This document shows positions 39,478-48,178 of a stretch of DNA of 64,000 nt, in pieces. The DNA lies in assembly GCA_965237905.1 (NCBI GenBank), contig OZ250172.1, forward strand, positions 2,080,001 to 2,144,000, read 5' to 3'. The DNA is from Nitrospinaceae bacterium. GTDB taxonomy: Bacteria; Nitrospinota; Nitrospinia; Nitrospinales; Nitrospinaceae. The notes below the pieces were generated by a model, which saw nothing but the letters and a program-made list of their open reading frames with translations, searched no databases and was not told the DNA's origin. A program made the position numbers and the translations under genes. Each line of letters begins with the position of its first letter. The first letter of the stretch is position 1.

Positions 39478-40173
39478 ATGAAGAAGCCTTTATTCAAAAG
39501 GTGGTGGTTTAAATGGAGCCTCCGGTTCGCCCTGTTGTTTTTGGCAATCACTATCCTGCCGGTACTGTTGTATACCGTGGTCGACCCACCGACCACTCCC
39601 CTGATGTGGATTCGCTGGATGGAGAGCGACTCCGGAAAACATTATCCCCTGTTCACCAAAGGTTGGCGCCCGCTGAATGAAATTTCCCCCCGCCTGGTGC
39701 GTGCGGTGATTTCGTCCGAGGATCAGAAATTTTTCATGCACAATGGTTTCGATTGGGAAGCGGCGGTCAACGCCTTAGAGGTAAATCTAACAACGAAACG
39801 AAAAATCGGCGCCAGCACCATATCCATGCAGACGGCGCGTAACGTCTTTTTATGGCAGAAACGCAATTGGCTTCGGAAAGGGCTGGAAGCTTACTTTACC
39901 TTTCTTATCGAAGCGTTCTGGAGCAAACAACGCATTCTGGAAGTGTATCTGAATGTGATTGAGTGGGGCGACGGTGTGTTTGGTTGTGAGAGCTCCTCAC
40001 AAAAATATTTTCAGCATTCCGCGCGGTGGATTACCAAGGAAGATGCGGCGTGGATGGCCGCCATTCTGCCCAATCCCAGAGCCTGGTCCAAAGTCGGATA
40101 CCAACGCTGGATTGAAAAGCGTCAGGGCCAGATCCTCCTGAGCATGAGAAAAGTGAAGCTACCTGCCATCTAA
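39478..40173 (+). CDS. mtgA: Monofunctional peptidoglycan transglycosylase
   Basis: SSEDQKF..HNGFD, GASTISMQTARNVFLW, RKGLE, RILEVYLNVIEWG. Confidence 0.93.
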   Translation: MKKPLFKRWWFKWSLRFALLFLAITILPVLLYTVVDPPTTPLMWIRWMESDSGKHYPLFTKGWRPLNEISPRLVRAVISSEDQKFFMHNGFDWEAAVNALEVNLTTKRKIGASTISMQTARNVFLWQKRNWLRKGLEAYFTFLIEAFWSKQRILEVYLNVIEWGDGVFGCESSSQKYFQHSARWITKEDAAWMAAILPNPRAWSKVGYQRWIEKRQGQILLSMRKVKLPAI

Positions 40174-40200
40174 TGGCGAAGTGTTGAGGGGGGGGAGCCA

Positions 40201-41403
40201 TTGAATCCGGGCCACATCAAAATCAAAGTATCCAAGAGTCTTCAGAACAAAATCCGCAAAGGGTTTCCCTGGGTCTACTACTATCAGTTGAACAACCGGA
40301 AAATTTCCGGGAAGGCCGGTGATTTGGGAGTGGTTTACGATTCCGGCAACCGCTTTCTGGCGGTCGGATTGTTCGATCCCTTTTCAGACATTCGTTTGAG
40401 AATTCTGCAAACCCGAAATCCCCGAGAGATCGACGAAACCTTTTTTCGGGAACGGTTGCAACAGGCCATCGAATTGCGGAGTCCTATGAATTCACAGAAA
40501 ACCACTGCGTACCGGATAGTCAATGGCGAAAGCGATGGATTTCCCGGAATGGTGGTGGACCGTTACACCGACACCCTGGTGGTCAAAGTCTATACCTCCG
40601 CCTGGTTTCCTTATCTGAAGATGCTGGTGGGTCTCCTGGAGGAAATGACAGGAGTGGGGCGGATCCTGTTACAATTGAGCCGTCATGTACAACGCGTCAG
40701 CGAAAACGGTTACCAGAACAACCAGGTGTTGTTGGGTCCCGATCTGGAGGGGCCGGTGCGGTTCCGGGAAAACGGTTTGTCATTTGAAGCGGATTTGTTG
40801 CACGGTCAAAAAACGGGGTTCTTCCTTGATCAGAGAGAAAATCGGCAGAAGGTACGCGAGTGGGCGGAAGGGCGGTCGGTGTTGAATGTGTTCAGCTATA
40901 CCGGAGCTTTTTCCGTTTACGCGTTAGCGGGAGGCGCGCGGTCCGTTTTGGAAATCGACATCAATGCCCAGGCTCAAGCGGCGGCGTTGAAAAATTGGGA
41001 ACTGAATTTCGGTTCCGATGGAAATCAAAAGGATCGGTTGCGCCAAGTCAAAGGGGATGCGTTTGAGCAATTGGCTTCGTTGAACCGGCAGGGAGAGCAG
41101 TTTGATCTGGTGATTCTGGATCCGCCGGCTTTTGCCAGTCGCAAACAAAACAAGCCAAATGCCCTGCAGGCGTATCTGCGGCTTGCCAAAGCCGGGACGC
41201 AGTGTACCCGGGAAGGCGGTCTCCTATTGGCGGCTTCCTGCTCTTCACAGGTGCGGGCGGACGAATTTTACCGGGCGGTGGATCTGGGAATCCGGGCGAC
41301 TGGGAGGTCCTATCAAATAATACTGAAAACAGGACATCCTCTGGACCATCCGGTGACCTTCAAAGAGGGGGCCTACCTGAAAGCCATTTATTGTCAATTT
41401 TAG
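40201..41403 (+). CDS. RlmI-like class I SAM-dependent rRNA methyltransferase
   Basis: PUA-like N-terminus, GESDGFPG..VDRY, GQKTGFFLDQRENR, LNVFSYTGAFS, ILDPPAFA. Confidence 0.88.
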   Translation: MNPGHIKIKVSKSLQNKIRKGFPWVYYYQLNNRKISGKAGDLGVVYDSGNRFLAVGLFDPFSDIRLRILQTRNPREIDETFFRERLQQAIELRSPMNSQKTTAYRIVNGESDGFPGMVVDRYTDTLVVKVYTSAWFPYLKMLVGLLEEMTGVGRILLQLSRHVQRVSENGYQNNQVLLGPDLEGPVRFRENGLSFEADLLHGQKTGFFLDQRENRQKVREWAEGRSVLNVFSYTGAFSVYALAGGARSVLEIDINAQAQAAALKNWELNFGSDGNQKDRLRQVKGDAFEQLASLNRQGEQFDLVILDPPAFASRKQNKPNALQAYLRLAKAGTQCTREGGLLLAASCSSQVRADEFYRAVDLGIRATGRSYQIILKTGHPLDHPVTFKEGAYLKAIYCQF

Positions 41404-41568
41404 GGGTTTGGGGTACTTGCTAGTCGAGAAGGGGTTTTGAGAAGGGTATTCTGGGTTTCTTCTGGGAAGAGGGTATTGTGGGCGCTGAAACCAGTACCAT
41501 TAAATCCCAATGTTACTACTGAATATAGTGAACAAAAGTTCGAACCGAGAAAAATTCCGCTAATTAAT

Positions 41569-41739
41569 CTACGCTGATTTTTTCTTGGCTTTCCTTCTAC
41601 GTTTTGGTGCTTTTTTCTTTGCTGCTTTCCTTTTAGCTTTACGTTTTGGTGCTTTTTTCTTGGTTGCTTTTTTTGCTGCTTTACGTTTTGGTGCTTTTCT
41701 TTTTGCTTTACGTTTTGGTGCTTTCTTCTTGGTTGCCAT
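41569..41739 (-). CDS. 56-aa histone-H1/protamine-like basic protein (below the ORF-track cutoff)
   Basis: Manual translation MATKKKAPKRKAKRKAPKRKAAKKATKKKAPKRKAKRKAAKKKAPKRRRKAKKKSA*; AAGGAG RBS 6 nt upstream. Confidence 0.85.
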   Translation of the reverse strand: MATKKKAPKRKAKRKAPKRKAAKKATKKKAPKRKAKRKAAKKKAPKRRRKAKKKSA

Positions 41740-41798
41740 CAAGAACTCCTTTCGTTGAAAATATTTGGTAAAGTTTCAGCGCCCAAATATTTAAAGTT

Positions 41799-41826
41799 AT
41801 TTTATTCTATACACCACTAATGTCAA
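41799..41826 (-). promoter_or_regulatory. Near-consensus sigma70 promoter of the histone-like gene
   Basis: TTGACA (41826-41821)-N16-TAAAAT (41804-41799) on the minus strand. Confidence 0.7.
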
Positions 41827-42024
41827 GAGCATATTGATTCAAAAAGGGTTTCGGCGATTCGATGCCGGTTCGGATGATTTGTGTTCCACCTGTGCATTTG
41901 TTAAGCTGAAAAACGAAGACGGCGGGAAACCCTTGCCAATACTGGTTAATCACGGGGATCGAAAATTTTTTTAAGAAAAATTGTTATCAGATTTTGCTTG
42001 ATTGGGGATTTTCTCCGGCCAAAA

Positions 42025-42074
42025 TTTTTTTTCATTTTTTTTCATTTTTTTTTCATTTTTTTTTCATTTTTTTT
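42025..42074. repeat. Five phased T-tracts (T8-CA-T8-CA-T9-CA-T9-CA-T8)
   Basis: Read directly; repeat period 10-11 bp. Confidence 0.9.
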
Positions 42075-42084
42075 GAAATATTTT

Positions 42085-42879
42085 ATGAAATTTCCTCTTA
42101 AAACCCATTCGATTGACGGTTTTTCATATTTCCCCCGTCTCGTTCATGCCTTCAGTCCGAGAAGTTTCGAGAGGGAGAAAGGGGTCCGTGAGGAATTATT
42201 GCTGGGTCGAAAGACTGATCCAAGATCCTCTCCACAGCATCGTCAGTGGTTACTTGAAAATTTAAACATCGACTCAAAAGAACTTTTTTTTGTGAAGCAG
42301 GTTCATGGCGATCGGGTTTTTGTTTTGGATGATCCTCAAAAGTCAGCCGATCAAGTGGAGCAGGAAGAGGCAGATGGCTTGATCACTCACCTGACTGATA
42401 AGCCGATAGCGGTGCTGACCGCCGATTGCGTTCCAGTCATTCTGTATGACCCTGAAAAGCATGTTACCGGGGTGATCCATGCCGGACGGAAGGGCACCCA
42501 AATGAGCATTGTTTCAAAAACTATATCAATGTTATCCAAGATTTACGGGTCCCGCCCCGAAGATGTGGTGATGGCTCTGGGGCCGGCGATTGGGGGCTGC
42601 TGTTACGAGGTGGAGGATTCCTGTATCGTACCGTTCCGGGAAAATTATCGGGGATGGGAAGACTTTGTGACCTCTAATTCTCAAAGCCGTTTCATGTTGG
42701 ATCTCCTGAAAGCCAACGCAATGGATGGTGTGGGGGCGGGAATCCTAAAAGAAAATATCCATCGATCGGGTGAGTGCACCGCCTGCAACAACGACCGATG
42801 GTTTTCTTACCGTAAGGAAGGGACGACTGGCAGGATCGTCAGTCTGGCGATGCTCCGTGAGGAACCCGCCCAGGTTTGA
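42085..42879 (+). CDS. pgeF: Peptidoglycan editing factor / purine nucleoside phosphorylase, YfiH-PgeF family
   Basis: QVHG, ADGLIT, LTADCVP, IHAG, GPAIGGCCYEV, CTAC...FSYR. Confidence 0.9.
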   Translation: MKFPLKTHSIDGFSYFPRLVHAFSPRSFEREKGVREELLLGRKTDPRSSPQHRQWLLENLNIDSKELFFVKQVHGDRVFVLDDPQKSADQVEQEEADGLITHLTDKPIAVLTADCVPVILYDPEKHVTGVIHAGRKGTQMSIVSKTISMLSKIYGSRPEDVVMALGPAIGGCCYEVEDSCIVPFRENYRGWEDFVTSNSQSRFMLDLLKANAMDGVGAGILKENIHRSGECTACNNDRWFSYRKEGTTGRIVSLAMLREEPAQV

Positions 42880-42900
42880 GAGGCAGGGGGTCTGCCGTTT

Positions 42901-43266
42901 TTAGCTGTCGGTCTTGGTGAGAATGGCGTCCACCCGTTTTTCGAAATCTTCTCCAATGGGTTTCACCATGAAATCCGCACCCCCCTCGGCAATGAACTGT
43001 TTGATCAATTCAGAATTGGAATAGGCGGTAATCATGGCACAGGGGATTTCAGGTTTCACTTCTCTCATACGCTCGAAGGTCTGCATCCCGTTCATGTTTT
43101 TCATCATGAAATCCATGAGGACAAGGTCCACCGGGTTCGATTGCAACATTTCGATTCCCGAATTGCCGTTCACGGCTTCAAGGACCGAATGCCCCGCCTT
43201 GGCAAGGCGCCGATTCAAGGTTTTTCGGGTTAACTCATGGTCTTCAACGATCAATATGGTGCTCAT
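42901..43266 (-). CDS. Single-domain response regulator (receiver)
   Basis: ILIVEDH, DLVLMD, MNG, ITA, FMVKP. Confidence 0.92.
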   Translation of the reverse strand: MSTILIVEDHELTRKTLNRRLAKAGHSVLEAVNGNSGIEMLQSNPVDLVLMDFMMKNMNGMQTFERMREVKPEIPCAMITAYSNSELIKQFIAEGGADFMVKPIGEDFEKRVDAILTKTDS

Positions 43267-45802
43267 TCTTGGCTCCTGATTGTGGTTCTAAGGGTATTGA
43301 GAAAGTGAAAAGGCTTCCTTGTCCAAGGGTGCTTTGGACGGAAATCTGTCCACCATGCATTTCCACCAGTTTTTTGGCGATGGCCAGTCCCAGACCGGTG
43401 CCGGATGCGGCCCGTGTCGGAGATTCGTCCACCTGACGAAACAAATCAAAGATCACCGTGATGTCATCCTGGGATAAACCCACGCCAGTGTCCTGAATAC
43501 TGAATACCGCCTGAGAATCCTCTCCGGCGACCTTGATTTTGATACGGCCCTGATCAGTAAATTTAACAGCATTGCTGAGCAGATTGAATATAATTTGTTT
43601 GATCCGAATTTTATCAGCACATATTTCAATATTGTCCATTTCCAGCACGATGGGAAGTCCCTTTTGCTTGGCGATAATTTGGTAACCGGAAACCACGTCC
43701 TCCACCAGATTTTTGACGGAGAACCATTCCGGATACAACTCCATTTTATTGGCCTCGATTTTGGAAAAATCGAGAAGATCGTCGATCAAGGACAATAGAT
43801 GCTTGCCGGAATTTTCGATATCCAGGGCAATGGATGCGATTTCGTTCTGTTCCGGGAGTTCGTGTCCCTGAGTTAAAAGCGGTGTGTTGCCCAGCATGAC
43901 GGTCAGCGGGGTACGCAGTTCGTGAGAAATGACGCTTAAAAAATCTGATTTCAAACGGTTGGATTCCTCGGCTTTTTTCGCCGCCAGCTTCAGGTTCAGC
44001 TCCACTTTTTTCTGCTCGGTGATATCGGTGCCAAATCCGATTGTCTCCACCAATTGCCCGCTTTCGTTGAACCGGTGAATATTGCTCCAGGCGACCACCC
44101 GGGTTTCGCCGGAACGGGTGAACAACTCCAGTTCCACATTTCGGGCGGGGCCTTTGGATTTGAGCTGGCGTAACTGTTCGACCTGTTTGTCGGATTTTTC
44201 CGGAAACAGCGTGCTCCACCAGTTTTTCCCGATCAGTTCGTCGGAAGAGTAACCGGTGGTTTTTTCCACTGCCGGGTTGGTGAAACGGGTGATTCCATCT
44301 GGAGACAACCCCACTACTAAAGCGGGAGTGCGTTCGATGACGCGGGCGGTATAATCCCTTTCGTTTCGTAACGCTTCCTCAAAACGTTTGCGCTGGGTAA
44401 TGTCCCGCACCATGCCCAGGTATAAAGTGGGACGGGGGCTTTGATCGGAGCGGGGGGTTCGCCGCCGCTCGGGCATTTGGATTTCGCTGATGGAGAGGTC
44501 GATGGGAAACAACGTTCCATTTTTATGCTCTCCGGTCATTTCGGTGATTTTCCCGATCAGGTTGCGTTGACTGGTCAGGAAGTTGCCCTTGCGCAGGTCG
44601 CCTTCCCGGCACAAATTCGGAATCAATAATAGGATGTTTTTGCTGACGGCCGTCTTGGATTGATAACCGAAGATAGACTCCGCCGCCGGGTTGACAGACG
44701 TGATGGCCCCGAATCTATCAAACGTGATAATCCCTTCCAGGGCGTTGACCAAAATGGACCGGATTTGTTCTTCGCTGTATTGCAGGGCGTCGAAGTTCCG
44801 GGCCCGGTCGATGCCCAGGGATATTTCGTCCGCCGCCTTGGACAGGCCATATTGCATCGTTTTGGTCAGAGGATTGCGGGAAAATAACTCAAAAGCTCCC
44901 AGCAATTGCTGGTTGATGACCAATGGGTGGGCATAATAAGAACATACCCCGGCCTTTTGCATCCATTTTTTCTCATTGGCCAAGGCAGGGTCCTCGCTGG
45001 GGGTGTGAGTGACATAGGGTTTTCGTTTTTGCGCGAGCTCTCCTATGATTCCTTTTCCCAGGGAAACGGGATCTACCGGGAGGTTCGTCAAATCCTTACT
45101 GCCGGCGCAAGCGTGAACTTCCAACATTTCATCATGGGGATAGAAAATCCAGATCCGGACCAGTGCGGCATCGAAAAAATTTTTAAAGGATTCCACACAT
45201 TGATCCAAAACCTCATGTAAAGAGGTACTCCCTGCCAACGCCGCACCAATTTCAGCACCGAATTCTCCCAGGAACATCCGCTCGGCCAAAGCCGCCTCGG
45301 CTTTCCTGCGTTCGGTAATGTTTTCGCCAACGCCTAAAATCCCGATCACTTTTCCCGCTTCATCAAACCGGGGAGACAAAGTCAACTGAACCCAAAGTTT
45401 TTGCCCATCCTTGGTGAATTCCTCCACCTCGCAGGTCATTCCCTTTTTTTCCTTGAGAATGTGCTGATGCACCTCCTGGATAGTTTTGCGGCTGTCTCCG
45501 CCCTCGGGATAAAGCTTGAGTATTTTTTCCTTACCGACCATTTCCTCGGCGGTATAACCCAGCATATTTTCAGCGCCCTTGTTCCAGAAAATAATGTTGC
45601 CCTCAAAATCCGTCCCAAGGATGGAAACGGCGGAAGGACTCTCTAATATATTTTGGAGTGCGGCTTTTTTCTGGCATAATTCCTCTTCTTTCAGCTTCCA
45701 GTCCACCGCTTCCAATTTCCACTGGGAAAGCTCACGGCGGAGAGCCTCAATTTCTTCAAGCAGTTCGCCCTTATTCTTGCTTTGGAGTTTGGTATCAATC
45801 AT
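43244..45802 (-). CDS. Cytoplasmic PAS-GAF-PAS-PAS sensor histidine kinase
   Basis: PAS motifs (WNKGAENMLGY, VNPAAESIFGY), H box SHELRTPL, NLLSNAVKFT, DTGVG, GTGLGL. Confidence 0.93.
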   Translation of the reverse strand: MIDTKLQSKNKGELLEEIEALRRELSQWKLEAVDWKLKEEELCQKKAALQNILESPSAVSILGTDFEGNIIFWNKGAENMLGYTAEEMVGKEKILKLYPEGGDSRKTIQEVHQHILKEKKGMTCEVEEFTKDGQKLWVQLTLSPRFDEAGKVIGILGVGENITERRKAEAALAERMFLGEFGAEIGAALAGSTSLHEVLDQCVESFKNFFDAALVRIWIFYPHDEMLEVHACAGSKDLTNLPVDPVSLGKGIIGELAQKRKPYVTHTPSEDPALANEKKWMQKAGVCSYYAHPLVINQQLLGAFELFSRNPLTKTMQYGLSKAADEISLGIDRARNFDALQYSEEQIRSILVNALEGIITFDRFGAITSVNPAAESIFGYQSKTAVSKNILLLIPNLCREGDLRKGNFLTSQRNLIGKITEMTGEHKNGTLFPIDLSISEIQMPERRRTPRSDQSPRPTLYLGMVRDITQRKRFEEALRNERDYTARVIERTPALVVGLSPDGITRFTNPAVEKTTGYSSDELIGKNWWSTLFPEKSDKQVEQLRQLKSKGPARNVELELFTRSGETRVVAWSNIHRFNESGQLVETIGFGTDITEQKKVELNLKLAAKKAEESNRLKSDFLSVISHELRTPLTVMLGNTPLLTQGHELPEQNEIASIALDIENSGKHLLSLIDDLLDFSKIEANKMELYPEWFSVKNLVEDVVSGYQIIAKQKGLPIVLEMDNIEICADKIRIKQIIFNLLSNAVKFTDQGRIKIKVAGEDSQAVFSIQDTGVGLSQDDITVIFDLFRQVDESPTRAASGTGLGLAIAKKLVEMHGGQISVQSTLGQGSLFTFSIPLEPQSGAKNEHHIDR

Positions 45803-46029
45803 TATTTTATTAATAATGTAGGCATTGAATAATCAATTGGGTTGGGAAGATTTGCTTCAAATACTATAGTATTCTAAAGTATACGCAAATCAAAATCTAA
45901 ATGGGATGGGATAAACCCTTTAAAAATAATGTATTATGGACTAGAGAGATTTTTTGAAGTACCCAAAACGGGGTATTTTCAACTTTTTAAACCAATTTTA
46001 TTGCCCCATAGGGATGACACAGGATCAGG

Positions 46030-47835
46030 ATGACTGGGAAAAAAGATATTAATCCGATTCCACCTTTGGAAAAGTTTCCGTTTCCGCTGGAGTGGATCAA
46101 ATCCAACCCACAAAAGGTGGAGGAAGCGTTGTCCCGGATGTCGATACCGGAGCAGGTGCGGTGTGTTCAATCACTGCGGGGCAAGGACCAGATGGACCTG
46201 TTGACATTGTCCAGCCAGGCGGTGCCGGTGGCGCGCCTGCTTCCCGAAGAAGATATTTATTTTATGGTTAAGGAAGTGGGCGAGGAGGATGCCCTGCCGG
46301 TATTGGCGATCATTTCCGAAAAGCAGGTACAGTATCTGTTTGATATGGAATGGTGGCGGGGCGACAAGTTTCTGCCGCAAAAAGCCATGGATTGGTTGCT
46401 GTGGATGGAGAAGGCCAACGACCGGCAACTGCTTCACTGGCTTCTGACCGAGGACTTCGATCAAAAGGTGATGGTTCTGCAATCCCTCATCAAGGTCTTC
46501 AAGAAGGATGAAATGACCGATCAGTACGAAGGTGTCGAAAGTTTGGAACATTTCACCCTTGATGGGGTGTTCGACATATTTTTGAAAGTGCCCGACGCCG
46601 CTCCCCTGCTTAAAAACCTGTTCAAGCTTCTTTACAGCGAAGACCAGAAAGTGTTTTATGCGCTGATGGAGGCGGTGATCTGGTACCCCATCACTCCTAC
46701 GGTGGAAACGGCCTACCGCTGGCAGCGTTCCCGTGTCGAAGAAAAGGGGATCGTCCCTTATGAAGATGCGATTGGGGTGTACAGCCTGCTGGATGTGGAT
46801 GCCCTGAAGCTGGACGCGCCTTCGCATGAAGTGTTTGTCGACCCGGAGTCGCCTTATGCGGTGGCTCCGGTGCATCCTCTGACGGATACCAATCCCTCGA
46901 CCTTTTTCGGGCAGTGTCTGGCCATGATGAAGAATCATGAACGGGTGAACGCCATCTGCTGGGAGCTGATGTATCTCGCCAACAAGGTGATGGTGGCCGA
47001 CCAGCAGGAATTCGGCAACCTGGATTCCCACCACGAGACCATGCGCAAGGTGCTGGGCTATATCAATATCGGGTTGGAATTGGGAGCGGGCGGCGATATC
47101 GCCAAAGGGGAGTCGCTGTTGAATCAGACTTGGATACAGCCGCTGTTCCAGGTGGGTTACGCGGGGATCATGCGCCTCAAGTGGGAGGGCGAAAAGCTGG
47201 TCAAGGAACACGGTCTTCTGCTGGAATATTTACTCACGCCGGGCTACATGGATCATCTGGCCGCTTCCATGGCACGGTTTCCCAAAATCGGGGTTATGCA
47301 GGCAGAAGAGACGGAGGAAGTTGAAACCAACATTCAGTGGAGAAATCTGGAGTCCCTGCAGGACATTCAAGTTCTCGAAAACTTTTTGAACCTGGACCGG
47401 TTTTATGTCCGGTTCGCCCGGCAAAGTCTGGATTTGTCGCTGGAAAAGATCCAACAATTCCTGGAAGAAGCCCGTTTCCCGGCCAACAAGGAGGATTTGG
47501 ATGTGAAGGTCCTGACGCTCACCGCGCTGGCGCGGTTCACTCTGTTTAAGAAGATCGAATGCCAGCCTCTGTTGCCTGAGGGAGCCCGGTCGTTTTTACA
47601 GGCGATTTTTCATGTGGGGATTTACCAGGACGAATCGAAAGTCGTCAATGACGATATTTTGCAGGCGTTCCGGAAGCGCCTGTTTGAAACCTCCCTCGCC
47701 TGGATTCCGGAGGACAAAGAGCGGCTCGACCACTTGTTGCAGGAATGTGTTCATACGCTTCAAACCCAGTTTGGCCGGTTGGACTCTTCCAGGAAAATCG
47801 AGTGGCAGTTTACCCGGGGTTTGCTCCTGAAATAG
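46030..47835 (+). CDS. Conserved hypothetical protein (DUF6178-like)
   Basis: 601-aa ORF with QYLFDMEWW, AYRWQRSR.EEKG, LANKVMVAD, GYINIGLE, LFQVGY; family call from memory. Confidence 0.65.
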   Translation: MTGKKDINPIPPLEKFPFPLEWIKSNPQKVEEALSRMSIPEQVRCVQSLRGKDQMDLLTLSSQAVPVARLLPEEDIYFMVKEVGEEDALPVLAIISEKQVQYLFDMEWWRGDKFLPQKAMDWLLWMEKANDRQLLHWLLTEDFDQKVMVLQSLIKVFKKDEMTDQYEGVESLEHFTLDGVFDIFLKVPDAAPLLKNLFKLLYSEDQKVFYALMEAVIWYPITPTVETAYRWQRSRVEEKGIVPYEDAIGVYSLLDVDALKLDAPSHEVFVDPESPYAVAPVHPLTDTNPSTFFGQCLAMMKNHERVNAICWELMYLANKVMVADQQEFGNLDSHHETMRKVLGYINIGLELGAGGDIAKGESLLNQTWIQPLFQVGYAGIMRLKWEGEKLVKEHGLLLEYLLTPGYMDHLAASMARFPKIGVMQAEETEEVETNIQWRNLESLQDIQVLENFLNLDRFYVRFARQSLDLSLEKIQQFLEEARFPANKEDLDVKVLTLTALARFTLFKKIECQPLLPEGARSFLQAIFHVGIYQDESKVVNDDILQAFRKRLFETSLAWIPEDKERLDHLLQECVHTLQTQFGRLDSSRKIEWQFTRGLLLK

Positions 47836-47986
47836 AAAGAGTTTTCCGATTGTTGACGGTGTCCCGGCCAGAGTTCTGCCGTACTGTAAATTTTTATTTT
47901 CATATCAATTCAAAAGGGTGATATAGTCTCACTCCGCCCAAGCACGACATCCTTTTTAAGCAATTTAAACTTGTATTGAGGTAAGC

Positions 47987-48169
47987 ATGGCAGAGAGCCC
48001 TGAAACCAGAGAAGATCCCAACAAGACCCCGGAGACTGCAGGCGGAGAACCCGGTATCCTGGAAAACTACGGGTCTTTTCCCGTTTGGCTGTTGCGGTTG
48101 ATTCAACTGATTACTCCCAGCTGTCTGGTCAGCAAAACCCCACCCAAAAAGAAAGACTATCGGATCTAA
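47987..48169 (+). CDS. Small hypothetical protein upstream of purH
   Basis: GAGGT RBS before ATG; fills the gap and ends 9 bp before purH. Confidence 0.45.
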   Translation: MAESPETREDPNKTPETAGGEPGILENYGSFPVWLLRLIQLITPSCLVSKTPPKKKDYRI

Positions 48170-48178
48170 GATCATCCC

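Noticed and set aside
41998..42084. Poly-Phe N-terminal extension of PgeF
   Set aside because: Produced by translating the T-tract array from a TTG; ATG 42085 gives a normal-length protein.
47836..48178. ZTP (pfl) riboswitch upstream of purH
   Set aside because: Could not identify the conserved P1/P3 pseudoknot elements by eye.
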